Positions 1 to 13,938 of a stretch of 64,000 nucleotides of DNA are shown in pieces. Every line of letters begins with the position of its first letter. Position 1 is the first letter of the stretch. A model generated the notes under the pieces. It saw only the letters and a list, made by a program, of their open reading frames with translations, was not told the DNA's origin and searched no databases. A program made the translations under genes and the position numbers. The stretch lies in assembly GCF_026210795.1 (NCBI RefSeq), contig NC_089431.1:3410001-3474000 (forward strand), given 5' to 3'. The stretch comes from Rhizophagus irregularis. Lineage: Eukaryota.

Positions 1-1850
1 GAAAATATGCATACAAATGATAATTGGCCTTGGGGAGTTACTGGTCAGTTCAGAACAAATACAGTTCTTCGATATGATGATGAATTTAATAATGTGTTGT
101 ACTGGGGTGCTCGAGCTTTAAAAAACAGAAAACAAAATAGCGAACCCGTTAAATTGTTCAATTTATACCTGGGTGACTTACCAGATAATTTAAAACCAAA
201 ACTCCCAATCGATTACAAAAAGGCTATTACTGACTATCTTAGAGAATTCGGAATGGTATGAATTATACTGTAATTCCAATATTATTTTAATTTTAATTTT
301 AAAATTTCTACCTTATTTAATAATAATTTTTAGTTCATTAAAGAAAAGATTTGCCATTTGGATGGATTTGACTACTTTGAAGATGTATTGTTAGTACTTA
401 CAATTCCTGCAGAATATTCAGGAATGGATAAGGTTATTATGAGACAATGTGTGTATAATGCGGACCTCATTAAAGATAGAGATTCAGAAAAACTGCAATT
501 TACTACAGAATGTAAGTGGATTTTAGAAATAAGGCCTTTATTAATTTAATGTGATTAATTTTTCTTTATTTACAGCTAAAGCTACCGCATTAAATTGTGT
601 GAAAAATTATTTTAAATGTGAAATAGGAGGCAAGTTTTGATTATTAATTATTTTAATTAAAAGAATATTCAAATAATACTCATTCATAATTTTTAGAGAC
701 ATTTATGTTTGTTGACTGTGGTAAATATACTACAAATTTGACTACTCGTAAGTTAGTTAGAAATGATCCATTGCATATAGATAAAGTTACAGTACAGATT
801 AGAGACTTCTATGGTAGTAGATTGATTAATGAAGAATTTATTAAATTTTTACGTGAAAGACTTGGAACTTGTACCATAGATCTATTGAAAGAAAATAATT
901 ATGAACGATTACAATACATGGTCAAAAATTTCTATCGACGTATAACAAAGATCTTTTACAGGCGATGATAAGAAGTTTAATTATGAACTAGACATTTTAT
1001 ATGAAGATCAAAATTTGCTACGGCATGTCAGTGAAGAAATTAAGGAAATCATGGAAGAAATAATTGAAATTAAATATAATGACATAAAAAAAATGTTTGA
1101 TCCTATTGTTGATAGAATTATTCGTTTAATACATATACAACTTTTAAATAATAAAGAAAATTGCTCAACCATATTTTTAACTGGGGATTTTTGTGTAAGA
1201 AAATATTTACAAAATAGAATAAAAGAAGAATTTAGTCATCAAGTGAATAATATTTCAGTTCCTGCTCTCCCAGAAGTAGCAGTTGTACGTGGAGCTGTAA
1301 TTTATGGATTATCAACTATTTTGTATGGTACTGAATTCGATGGCTTAAAACTTGTTATTTCCTCAAGACTCCTTAAATTTACTTATGAAATTCAATATAA
1401 CTGGAAAAGTAGTGATGATTTTACTCATGATGGAAAAAATTGTAAATTTAAGACTTTAGTCAAACGAGACACTGAAATTACACCTGATCAAACTTTTTCC
1501 TTCAATTTTAAACCTGGGTCCAAGCAGATAAGTGAAAGTTTTGCAATTTACTATACACAAAAGTACAATATAGGGTACTGTGATGAACCAGGAGTAAAAC
1601 GACTTGGGATATTAAATATTGACCTTTCAGGTAAATTTACAATTATTTTTTTCAATAATATATTTAGTGAAAATTGTATAATTTATAATCAACTTTTTTG
1701 TAATCATTATTAGACGTACGTACAACTTGATAGTAGAAGTATTAATTTCGGACTAACCTTTGGTCAATATGAAATTATGCTTCTGCAAGGAATGAACTTA
1801 ATAGACAAGAACATATGGCTACTTTTTGTTATCCAGATGATGATTTTTAA
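1..1850 (+). pseudogene. HSPA12-like atypical Hsp70/actin-like ATPase fold gene, 5'-truncated by window edge, frameshifted
   Basis: Spliceable exons ..255, 334-511, 576-629 (GC-AG intron 630-696), 697-1630, 1714-~1850. Motifs 'KKAITDYLRE', 'VLTIPAEY', 'FMFVDCG', 'KKMFDPIVDRII', 'AVVRGAVIYG'. A frameshift near 945-960 and another near 1780. Confidence 0.8.
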
Positions 1851-3473
1851 TTTTACTGTATAAATAATTCAATTATTTCATATTTGGCCATAAGTTTTCG
1901 ATTAGAATAGTACTTTTAATTGGTTTATCAAACATTTTAGTTATACTTATGAAAGAAATCTGAAATTCATGAAATGCACAGTTCCTTTTAAACTATTATA
2001 TCAAAATTGATAAGCGGTAGTAAAAGAATTAGTGTTTGCACCTTTAAATTTAATTTGTAGTATACAAGAACCTTGTACTTAACCTCCGTTCGGATCTAAA
2101 TCTGGTAAGTTATTAATTGATTTACAGAACAAAGACGATACGATGTTACGATGTTTGGCATCTATTTATATATTTGAAAGGTTAATAAAGATCAACAATC
2201 TACTTTACAGTATAAAGAAAAAAATCAATAATTTATAAGTAAATATAATATTTACTAAATAATCATATTACAGTATTTACTAATAATAAGCGATTTCTCA
2301 AAATAAAAAAATAAATTTTATATGTGAAACTTGCTTAGAAAATTTATAAATATTACTATTTCGGTTTCAGGTTCATTCCATAATCTTTGATTGCAATTAT
2401 GGTTATCGAAATTTTACTTCCTAAGACGATAATTATAAACGCTTCGATCTTGGTTATTTGCTTAGAATGAACATCATGTAACATATTCATCGACCAGTAA
2501 GAATAGTTGCATGATGCAAGTTGATGCTGATTGTGTATAATCCAGTTAACCAAATTGAAATTAAAATCAGATATTACTTCATAAAGTAAGTTCACAAAAA
2601 AAAGGAATGCTAGTAATTTCTTAATTTCGGTTTTAAATAAGTAGAATTTTATTTGTTGTCTGTTGCGTTACCTAGGTTTATTTAAACTTTTAATAATATT
2701 TTTATCGCTTGTAAAAATTTTCATATATTACTATTCACATAAGGGATATCACCTTTAAGATACAAAGACAAATTTTCTTATTAAAGTATTTCAAAAAAAA
2801 TGAAATAAAAAATATTTCTTTACAAGACGAGTAATAAATATAATCATTGTTATTGATGAAACTCAAGTTTACAAATAATTTTATGGGTTCAGCGGCTAAA
2901 ATTGAAATAAGTTAGAAGCTGCTAGTAGCCGCTTTTGATATTGTATTACAAGAGATTATCTTTGTGAATTTCGTTTTATATCATTGTAATGGTTCAAAAA
3001 AATGTTGAGATTGATCTGAAAATTACGTCCATTTACACATTAATATTTTCCACAAATCTATTTTAAAAAATTAAAATTATTACAGGGTATGTAACATTTA
3101 ACATTTAAATGCATTGCGTAATTATGATATTATATATTATGATAAGATTTTAGCATATTGTTACTCAAAGTAATGACAAAACAATATATTTTTTTATTAT
3201 GCATTTTTGATGTCAATATAACTGTTGAAGATTTGAGTTGTTGCTAGGATTGATAGCAATGAGTAATTCTGAATTCACAAAGGCGAAGAACAAGATGCAT
3301 AAGTTGCAGGGCAAACAACTTGAAATTTCATATGATAAAAGAATTACTCGGCAGATCCCACAAGATGATATTTAATAACATGAAGATTACAGTATTTCTT
3401 TTACAGTTTAAAATTTCGCTATTACGTATAAATATTTAAATATGTCAACTTTTAGTCCGCTTTTCGATTATCA

Positions 3474-4850
3474 ATGGAAGAAGATTATTGTCAAAAAAAT
3501 AAATTTATCCCAAGAGAACTTAAAACCTGTCCAGAATATGGTAAACCCAGAATCTCTTTCGGATGGTGTAAGGATTGTGAAACCAATTCCATGAAGGAAA
3601 ACTTTCTTTATTGGACATCTGAGAATAAAGAGATTGATGAATTAATCCGTTATACTCAACTTAATGCCCCTCAAACTTGTGATTATTTGGAGTGGATCCC
3701 GTTCGAAAAATTTGAAATGGTAAAATACATTGGTACTTTGGACGGAAGGACCAAAGATGGAATTGGGATGATGTTGCGCAAGAGTGGGCTCGAGCGGGTC
3801 CATGACTGTTGCTTTGAAACGTCTTGATAGTTCAGAAAATTTCGAGTTCTTTCATTAATCAGGTAATTAACGTTAAATACGGTGGTATACCAGTTGCTAT
3901 TTTATTTTTTATGAAAGAACATATTTTTTTTAAATATCGAAGATTTTTATATATGGTAGATCACATGATAAGCAAAACAAAATCCTATTGGTTGAAAGTA
4001 AACGATTGATATCATGTGCATCGTTTCCCGTCCGCGGTCCGCTTTTAAAATTGATTTACTGATAAATAAACTTTGCTCAACAACACCTCTTAAATATCAA
4101 ATTATACAATATTCATAATTCATTCTGCATTCTGCATTTATTTTTAATTTCAAATTAAAGCATATCGCAAGTGTTTACAATTGGATTTATTGGCTGACAC
4201 ATTTGAAATTACGACATCTAATTATATGATTGTTATGAAATACTACAAAAACGGCAACTTGTATCAATACCTTGATCGTTCCAATGGAATCCTTTCTTGG
4301 ATTAATATAATCGATACATTATGGGAAAACGCTAGAGGGCTTAAAAAGATTCATGCTGAAGGAAAAGTCTTCATGGATTTACTTGACGAAAATTTTTGAT
4401 AGGTACTCGTATTGCTGATGTGGGTCTTCACGGTCCATGTTATTACCATGAAAATAAAAGCATATGTGGGGTTTTACCATATACAGTACTACGCCGGAAG
4501 TTTTACGTGGTTAAGATTATAGTACTGCTTCTGATATATATTCATTTGGTATTACCATGAATACATTTTCAACTGGAAAAGACCTTGGTATAATAGAGCT
4601 CATGATATTAATTTAGCAAAAAGCATTTGTAATGATGAAAAGCTTGAAATTCCAGAGGATACACCAAAATTTTATGCAGAATTAATGCAACAATGTTGGG
4701 ACGATGATCCGGAAAAACGTCCAAACGCTTCTTACTTGAATAAAAAATTAGGAGAATGGATCACTTTAATTTGTGAAGTTGAAGAAAGTATATCTTGCCG
4801 ACGGACGCGTTTTTAAATCTCATATTAACGATATTCTATTAGGACGCAAT
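3474..4850 (+). pseudogene. Tyrosine-kinase-like (TKL) protein kinase pseudogene
   Basis: 'WCKDCETN..NF.YWTSEN.EIDELI..TQL..LEWIPFEKF' N-terminus, then 'MIVMKYYKNGNLYQYL', 'GVLPY..PEV', 'SDIYSFG', 'LMQQCWDDDPEKRP' in shifting frames with stops and deletions. Confidence 0.85.
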
Positions 4851-5763
4851 AAAAAAAGGAAACCCAAATGATCATTTAATTTCTAATATAATAATTATAC
4901 ATGTCAAGATACATATAAATTCGTTTTTTAAAAAATGAGACATTGCTCGAATCAAAATGAACTAACTTGATATATAAATAAATACACAATACAATTTTTT
5001 TTAATATATAAAGGTTTTGACGCTATTTCAATCTCAAATTTTGGTTTAAAATTTTTTATTATAGAAATCAAAATCTGTGCGTCGCATCAAATTAAGTATG
5101 AGAACCAATTTCTTAACTTTATATCGACTATTAAAAACTTTTTGAATTTAAATTTTAAAATAGAAAACTAAAGAAGGTTCTCATCCAAAATCTTATTTTA
5201 ACCCTATATTCTAAATCTTAGATTCATCTTTTAATCCGTTTCAATAATTCTATCCAATCATTTCTTATTATCTGTATATACTAAAGTTTGTTAATTAGTG
5301 AGAAATGTAAATAGGATAGTATTTATTTTGTGAATTTAAATTGAAATCCCAAATGATTTTCGCCCTAAATTTGTTAAAGAGCCTCTTAATATTTTCAAAA
5401 AAAAAAAAATTAAAATAAATTGTCAAGATCTTAGACTAGAATCGAACTAGTCAAAGCATAGACATGCTCTCCACCAGGATAAGATTTTAAAAAAATTCTG
5501 TTTGCTTAATCTTTTAAACACAGGAGAAAGAAAAGAAACAGTAAAAGAAGAGAAACACCTTAAAATATGGAAGAACTCTAGAGATATGACCTCAAACACC
5601 AATCGGCAAACTCAGAGAGATGCTATGGCTGACCAGCCGGAAGACAAGGGCATATGCTATGGGTTTATCACGTTTCCAATAAACCAAGGTCGTCTACAGT
5701 CACATTATGTATATCATATTATACAATTGTCTAGAAAGTTCAACCATCTTCATTATACTGGTG

Positions 5764-6068
5764 ACCAGATGTAAAACCTAGACATCACCAGAAATAACGG
5801 GCGTTTTTACTAATAAAACTGCAAAACAAACTCCTTTTGTACGAGAGAGATACCTCGTTACGCGTGACGACCAGATGTAAAACCTAGACATCGTCAGGAA
5901 ATGGGCGTTTTTACTAATAAAACTGCAAAACAAACTCTTTTTATACGAGAGAGTACCTCGTTACGCGTGACGACCAGATGTAAAACCTAGACATCGTCAG
6001 GAAATGGGCGTTTTTACTAATAAAACTGCAAAACAAACTCTTTTTGTACGAGAGAGATACCTCGTTAT
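5764..6068 (+). repeat. Tandem repeat, ~3 copies of ~103-105 bp
   Basis: Unit 'gaccagatgtaaaacctagacatc...gggcgtttttactaataaaactgcaaaacaaactc...cctcgtta' recurs at ~5764, ~5869 and ~5972. Confidence 0.9.
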
Positions 6069-6500
6069 AAAAAAAGAGACCTTGTAAAAAAAAAGAAAAA
6101 ACGAGAGAGACCTCGTTGTAAAAAAAAAGAGATCTCGTTATAAAAGAAAATGTTGTTATAAAAGTAAAAGAAAATATTTAAAATATAAAAACGTCGTGTA
6201 AAAAAAAGAGAAAAGAAAATTTCGTTATAAAAGTAAAAGAAAATATTTAAAATATAAAAACGTCGTTATAAAAGTAAAGAAAAAATATAAAAAACGTCGT
6301 GTAAAAAAAAGAGAAAAGAAAATTTCGTTATAAAAGTAAAAGAAAAATATTTAAAATATAAAAACGTCTTTATAAAAAAAATATAAAAAACGTCGTTATA
6401 AAAGTTAAAATATAAAAATGTTGTTATAAAAGTAAAGAAAAATATAAAAAACGTCGTTATAAAAAATATAAAAAACGTTGTTAAAAAAAAATATGCAAAA
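6060..6500 (+). repeat. Degenerate A-rich minisatellite
   Basis: Recurrent 'aaaacgtcgttataaaagtaaa...aaatataa' units derived from the 'ctcgtta' end of the preceding repeat. Confidence 0.8.
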
Positions 6501-6527
6501 AGTGGTTTATTTATAAAAAAAAATAAT

Positions 6528-6609
6528 CAGTGGGTTATATCGATCCGGATTTGATCTAAACTGATCATATTTTTGTTGATCCGATCGGATTACGGATCAT
6601 GAATCACTA
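6528..6609. mobile_element. Probable hAT-like transposon end with GATC-rich subterminal repeats
   Basis: 'gatccggatttgatc...gatccgatcggattacggatcatgaatcacta'. The reverse complement starts TAGTGATTCATGATCCG, resembling a TA-initiated hAT terminus. No TSD pair found. Confidence 0.4.
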
Positions 6610-6935
6610 CCAATAGACACAACGAGAAAAGATGCGAAATATGCGGAAGAAATAACCACACAACAACGCAATGTTTTTTCAAAGGGAGAAAAACTTATAC
6701 GAGAACTACTGGAAATTTCAACGCAGGAGGAAGAGGTTATAAATCAGGATATAGAAGATTTAACAACAGATACGAGAACAGAGAAAGGTTTAGATATAAG
6801 AAAGATAACGACAACAACGGCAACAGATACAAATACGAAGGACGAAAATATAGAAAAGGAAGAGCTGGAAGATATGATAGATATGATGGAAAAGCTGGAT
6901 ATCAAAAAAGAGAGTATAGAAAACAACAAAGTTAG
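6603..6935 (+). pseudogene. Retroelement Gag/nucleocapsid remnant with CCHC zinc knuckle
   Basis: Start-less open frame encoding CEICGRNNHTTTQC (C-X2-C-X4-H-X4-C, 6633-6674) followed by an R/G/Y-rich tail. Absent from the ORF track. Confidence 0.7.
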
Positions 6936-9043
6936 ATAACGATGGACACACAAAATGAAAGGAACATTTTATATTTGGACAGATTGATTGGATTGATTTG
7001 ATTAAAGGAGTTATTTGGCTGATCCGCAGGACTGGAGAAATTTTTGCCGAAACCGTGTACCACCTTATCTCCTTCAATTTGTATGTTGCGTATGTTGCGT
7101 AACAATTGTTACGTAACTATTATAAAAAGCTATTCAAAATATAAGTAACTCAGAGACGTATCGTCGTATCGCGCAATTTATCAGATATCAATATCAGCAG
7201 TTCATCATGCACCATGAGTCCATGACTAATAATAGTTACCTAGCACTTTTAATTATTTTAATTAATATACGGAAAAATGATTAACAAAGTAACGCGCGGG
7301 TTACGCTTATGCTTAAAATTGCAATAACTCACTACACGATCTCAATAAATTGTCATTGCGTAACATTTAGGCGGTAGTATGTTCTTGTGTATGTATTTGT
7401 TACGGTATTGTGCTTTATTGCTTTTTAGATATGAAACTTTAACCGGTATGCTTTCGATCTTACACTAAACTTCTTTTTTATCATTAAAAAGTTAGAAATT
7501 TTTTTATAAAATTAGTATTAATTTCGTCTATAATATAACTAATAATACCCACCCAAAGGCTATTCATGTTCCTATAGTATTTCGGTACGATTGGCATCGT
7601 ACCCATTGTACCTGTACATAATTAATAATACCTTACTTATTATATTATATCGTACCATACTACTTTACTATATTCATGTGATTTACGCGTTCTTCATAAT
7701 AAAATGTCACAAATTATTATTATGGTTTTGAAATGAGGCCGCTGCGGTAAATTTGATACATTCGCTTTTTTGATTAACATTAATTTTTTTAATGTATTGT
7801 TTTTATTTTTTTTTACTTAGTAGAGGATTAGTAGCAAAGGGACTAGAGGTAGACATTAAAGAGAAACTGGCAGGTTAGCTTTATGTGCCTGATCTATCAT
7901 AGAATAATAAGTTATACTCTTTAATTCCTATTTTATAGTTTCTCCTATGTTATGAGTTATGGCTTCTTTTTATATTTCCGGGTACAACTTTGGATTTAAT
8001 GAAGATAATAAATTTTATATTTTTACAATTTACAATTTTTTAGCGTGTATAGTATTTCTCCAAAATGTTTGATATTAAATGACGTGCTATTTAATTTGGT
8101 GGAACTTTTTGATAAGCCACGTCTCCTTCATTTTTTTCCACGCTTCAAAATATCCTTTTGTCATACGATTTTTTTTTAATGTTTCACGTCTCAAGATAAT
8201 GGAAAACGGTTCAAGCTATAACCAAGGTAACTGAAAATGGTGTTAATTATTATTATGATAATTTGATTAAGGTATATTCATTTTTTAAACAAACATATAC
8301 GTTACGCTAATTTCTTTTCTTTTTTTTTCAAAGTTCATTCAATATATTATAAAATAAAAATAGAAAATTCTACCTAATTTACAATGAATCATAAAGTAAT
8401 TGTTAAAAAAACATTTACACAAAGAGAAGTCTTTAAGTATATTATTTATTTTGACGTGATGCTTTTAAACTGTATTAGCGAAAAAGTTATTAATTATAAT
8501 GCAGAGATTGAAACACAGGCATATTGGGATTGGTGTGAACGACATCGATAGGATCTCAAGCCTTGAGTCAAGAAATCCCCAATCTTCTAATGATACCAGT
8601 CAAAATTATAATATATACAGAGTTTTGATGGCGAACGATTAGTGTTTTGTTTTAGGAAATGTAAATCATAAACTAAGTATTTTTAGAATAACTTTTTGCA
8701 AGTAAAATTTCTTGAAAATCAAAATCTAAGGATTACGAATAAATTAATTTTTTTATTTGAATCTATTTCATCTCAAAAATTATTTAATGTTTTATTAGCA
8801 ATTCTTCTTTTTTTACGTATTCAGTTAGTATACTGTATATACAATGCAATCATCACCGTTTTTCGTTTGAAACGTGCTGTAATAAATTTATTATAATGTA
8901 TAATTGTATTTATATATACATATTGAAATGATATTGAACGTATGAACGTATCTTTTTATAAAAAATTATACTATTTAAAATGCAAAATGAAATATAATTT
9001 TTAGAACTTTACATATGTTAAAAAATTTTTTATAACATTTCTT

Positions 9044-9304
9044 TTAAATTTTTCTCTTTTTTAATTGTAACTTTTTTAAATTTTCCTTATGTAGTGGAAG
9101 GAAAAGTGGTTCATGCATAGAACCTGAAAGACAATTTTTTATGTATCCTTCAATCGTTCCAGCCAGGATAGGAATGAAATAAATGTTTGTAGGTGGTTTA
9201 CACATAATTCCTCCAATGAAATTATTTAACTCGTCAATTCCAAGGACCATGGACCAGTAGAGGGTTAGAAGTTGTTTCTTGCTCCCTTTGTTTAACATAT
9301 ACAA
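9044..9304 (-). pseudogene. Fragment resembling Crinkler-associated NTPase region
   Basis: 'VLGIDELN' (Walker B-like) and 'YFIPILAGTIEG'. Isolated fragment. Confidence 0.45.
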
Positions 9305-9519
9305 CTCGGAGAGCAGTGTCTAAGTTAAAGTTGACTAAAATCAAAAGATAACATTTTAATAAAAAAAATCATTCGTTTATTTATTTTTTTTTAAAACAAA
9401 ACAAATCACTTAAATATTTGATACTATTTATAATATAAAAGGACTTAATCTATAAAATCTCTATTTTTATTAACCATAGTCTTTTTACCTAAGATTTGTT
9501 GTCATTTAATATTTTGAAT

Positions 9520-10575
9520 TTTTACGAATTCGTACGATTCTGTACATAACCTACTACAAAAATATGTATATATTGTAATATCTTGTAATAAATTAAAATC
9601 CAAATAATCTTTGATAACACTGGATTTTACTCAATAAATCATAATTCTTTTAATTGTTCATCTCTAATAACTTTAAATTCAACTTTCAACATATCTTTTT
9701 CAAATTCATATAATTGTTTTATCGCCTCGTCTCTTAATGCAAAGCTGATATCATCAACCGTCACTTCCATTACATTCCATAGCTGAAAATGATTTGACTG
9801 TTATGTAATGAATCTTTCCAAAGGCCAATAATAAAGGTTAAAATGATGTTGATGTCGTATCTAAAAAGAATGGAAAAAAGTTATATTAGAGTAAGATATA
9901 AATTACGTAAAGAATTAGTAATATATCTAATATTACTTACATCCAGTATAAAGCATTGATTAAACATAAACTATTCGAGCAAAAGACATAATCAGCAAAT
10001 GAAAGACGTTGAAAGTTGTTGGTTGCTTTATCATTGCATCATGTAATGTAATATATCATCAATACCGTATAATTTTATCGTTGAAGTTGCAGAATTTTTA
10101 TCTGCTATGGCTAATTTAATAATTATACTATGGCAGGTCTGCAAATATTCCCTAATGTTGCTTCACTAAACCATCATCTAACGAAAAAAAATTTAATTAG
10201 ATAAAAAAATTATTTAAGACGGAAAAAAAACGTATACTTTGATCACTTTGTTCTTCTACCTTATTAAATCAGAACCTAAATCTTCCTATCCATGATTATG
10301 CATAAGAATTTGCATTGATGTCAATGCATATGCAAGAATTAAAATTATTCATTATATCAATAAGAGATTTTAAGCCATTTCGGTTTAAAAACTTGTTAGA
10401 GAATTCTATTTCATAAAAAAAAAAAAAAAATTGATATATTATACGTCTTATCAAAACAATCATATCTGAGCTTGCTTACTTTGATGTTCAATTTTAGAAC
10501 TTTATCATTGTAGAAGAACCTAATTTTTCACAACTTTCAACCGACTTTGATCAATGGAATTTTGACCGTTCATTC
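9520..10575 (-). pseudogene. Degenerate multi-exon gene of unknown function
   Basis: Alternating coding-like and AT-rich segments with minus-strand donor-like sites (e.g. 'cttac' on + near 10476). Coding-like segment 'EVTVDDISFALRDEAIKQLYEFEKDMLKVEFK'. Confidence 0.35.
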
Positions 10576-11426
10576 TTTTTTATTTTCTAGCAGAGATTCT
10601 AAAATGAAAGGGAGACTCAATTATTTATTTATTTGATCCATTTATATACAAAGAAAATTAATTCCCTCATCGGTAATAAAGGATAACAGTTTCTTGTATA
10701 TTGAATTGTTCAATACACAGTTTTGATAATTTTTATATAGATTTAGCAACATAACACATTTTACAGTTTTTTGGAATATGTTTTTTTATGAAAAACGATG
10801 CGTTGAGAAAAAAATTTTAGAATAGTTTTTTTTTTAAGTCACATGTTTGTACCATAGATTAGATACATAGCATAAAAATAAATCACGTTTTATCTATCTA
10901 TTTAATTTGCTAATAATTTAGTTTATGGTAAAAAGATTAAAAGGAAAATTTTGATTCAAAGCGAAATGAATATTACATTAATAATTAATTCAAAATATAA
11001 ATCACTCATATAAGATTAAATTTTGCGTTCACCCTTCGCTCCACTTGAAAAGATAATTAAGGCTCTTCTATTATCTTTTCTAAATTTACGATCAAACAAT
11101 GTAAGTTTTAATGAGTAAAAAAAAAATCAATTTAATATCAATATGCATACAAAATAATCGTAATATTAATTTTTTTGAAATCGTCTAACATCATGTTAAT
11201 TTAATGTTTGAGTAATATTAGCTATTTTAATAGGAATATGATCGTTCCGTCAGGCAAATATTCGGTTCACTAAAATCTTTATCAACTAAAAATAGATAAA
11301 GAATATAATTTAAACTATTATACAAAATTTGTGTCGAAGTGAATAATTAATAAATGGTAAATAGTTCAAAAGAATCTGAAAAATATATTGTAATAAATAT
11401 GTGAAATCTGTGTAGTTGCTACAGAT

Positions 11427-12060
11427 TTGCAACTACTTTTCACTGTAATTGAAGCATTATTTAATTGTTTATTTCTAAACACTGATAGTTTAATTCCAAT
11501 TCCCATTTATAATAATGATAATGGAAGTTCTGTCGAGTTTGGTAAATTAAAATACCCTTTTGCAATTCTCAGGGAATTTCTCGGTGATAAGAAAGATGTT
11601 AAAAATACTAGCGATATAAAACTTTGGAGAGTTAATGTCAAGAAAGAAAGATATAAAAAGTGTTTCTACTGAAGAATACGTTGTACAAAAGCTCTAGTTT
11701 TAAAAAATTGAACCACTCTTCGTCGAACATTCAACTCTTCTTGAGACCATGACTGCGTATATCGTTATGATTTCCATCAAAGGAAATTCGGACACCATTA
11801 AGCAAATCGGCCAAACTTTCCAAGGTAAAGATTCGAATCTTGTGTTTACGAACTGGGAGGGACCTGCTTTAACGCGAAAAAAAAGAGATCAGACCAAATT
11901 TGATGCAAATATCTGGTTCGAAAAAGTAAAAACCAGTAGTGGGGATTATGGTGAAAAAAACTCTAACAAGTCTCTTACTTATTATTGGTGCAAGTTCCGA
12001 TGTTACTTCTATCTACGAGTGGATACAACAATTTAGGACGGTAAAAACTGAGTATGTCTT
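11427..12060 (+). pseudogene. Crinkler (CRN)-like gene remnant
   Basis: N-terminal 'LFNCLFL...KLWRVNV' resembles the Glomeromycota CRN ubiquitin-like header. 'AYIVMI' sits at the HVLV-like position. Downstream frames are broken. Confidence 0.55.
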
Positions 12061-13938
12061 TTAGTTTGTTATCTTTTCAATTATGAGTTTCTTAGCTCCT
12101 CTGGCTAAAATTGAATTGACCTTTTAGCTCGTTAAAACCTTTGGTAAAGACTTTGAACTTCATCAACGTCTAATCTACTATTACCGGAAAATGTTTTGCA
12201 CCAGTGTCATCTGCATTCTATATGAGAGAAAATATAATCTTAGTGGTAAATGATTCAGTTTATTCATAATTAGTATTATATAATATTCTTGGAATAATTT
12301 TCAAATTAATTATTTACCATATATTATTCCTTTTGAAGTTGAAATTTCTTCATTCTACCAGTGATTGTAAATCTCCGCATTTACCTATTATAAGAAAGAA
12401 GAAATTATTAATAGTGTGCTAAATTTTATTTAATGGTAAAGAAGACATAGCCAATTCCTCCTTTAGAATTAGCAGACTTTATCAATAACAAAGTAGGATG
12501 TTATTTGCTTGAGTTGGTTATCAAGTGAACAAGAGAAATAAAAAAAAAGAAAAGAAAAAAAGGGGAATAAAAAAAGGGGAATAAAAAAATAAAAATAAAA
12601 ATAAAATAAAAAGAAAAAGCAGGTAATTTCATAGGAATTACCCACTTTGCTCACCCTTACCCAACCCAAACAAATAAATCCAGTACCCTCCTAAGTAAAA
12701 TTTGTGAACTCCCCGACTCGATGAGTTATCCGTTCTAATTTTAGCTTAGGAAGTTACCCACTTTGCAAAATAAAAAATACACACCTCTTTTAAAATCTAC
12801 TGAGCCATTTCACACTCATCTAGAAAACCGGTAATGAAGAGCTTTCGTCTGTTGTCTAGTGCTGTAACTGGTAAATATTCGCGTTTCGCGTTTTTAATAC
12901 TTGATACGCACTCTTTTCAAGAACTCCATAAGCGGTACTGCGGCATTGATATTACGGTCTAGTTTTTGACAAGGTAGAAAATAATTTCCCGCTACTCGGA
13001 GAAAATTATTTTAAAATTTTGAATGGGCGTATCTCTAAGAAAATAAGTATATAAAATAATAAATATTTACTATTAGCTTTGATCAAAATTTTAACTGTCT
13101 TGACCCGCGTCAAGACTTGCGGTCTTCGCTAAGAAGTGCAAGGAGAAAATTTGAGACTTTCGTCTTACCTTAGCTTGAATGAGGTGACGACAATAAGCTT
13201 TTCAAGCATTGCGTGGCAGAGAGCTGCTTAGGTTGCGCTCCTATTTCTCCTATTGTACAGGTAGCTTGGGCTGTGTGTGAGTGTGTATGGTGTTCTGAAA
13301 ATGGTTTTGGAAGTATTTTTTTTTTTTAGAGAGAAAACTGGTGGTATATATATATGTTGAGGGTATATAAAATCGCGACGTGAGTAAAAAAATGACTAAT
13401 ATTGATCGAGTGGCTTTGTGATCAATAGATTGGCGTAATTATATGTCCGACATGATTTATATTTTTAAATAATTTTATATTAAGATATTGATATTGTGGG
13501 AATACAGTATGATGTCAAAATCATTGTACTACATGATCATGCGGTACTATTAGTCATTTTTCATATCGCGAAAGGAAATATAAAGTAAATATTTAACTTG
13601 CATTATTTTTAAATAACTATGATAATAAAGAAGGCTATTATTTATCATTTCTGAGGATATAAGATTACTTCTTTCTCGCGTTGCGGTTACCACACCACGG
13701 AAAAGAATTATACCGATCGCTAGATCTGATAAATAACCCTCATAAAAGTTTTTATTAAATGTAAATCAAACAGCAATTGATTTGTTTATTTATTTGTGTA
13801 TCATTTTTATGAATAAATTTATTTTACCAAAAAGTTTCGTAAACTGAGAATTCGTTATATTGTATATTTTATTCATTAAAGAAATTTTTTAAACATTAAA
13901 TTTCTTTACGCTATTACTAGATATATTTTAATCAAAAA

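Noticed and set aside
5422..5774. Possible solo LTR or 90-aa ORF
   Set aside because: TG start seen but no matching CA terminus or TSD; the ORF has no recognisable motif.
5775..5815. Helitron 3' end (CTAG on the minus strand)
   Set aside because: CTAG is followed by G rather than T, and there is no convincing GC-rich subterminal hairpin.
12469..13340. GC-richer patch with possible minus-strand exon remnants
   Set aside because: No ORF, termini or motif could be supported.
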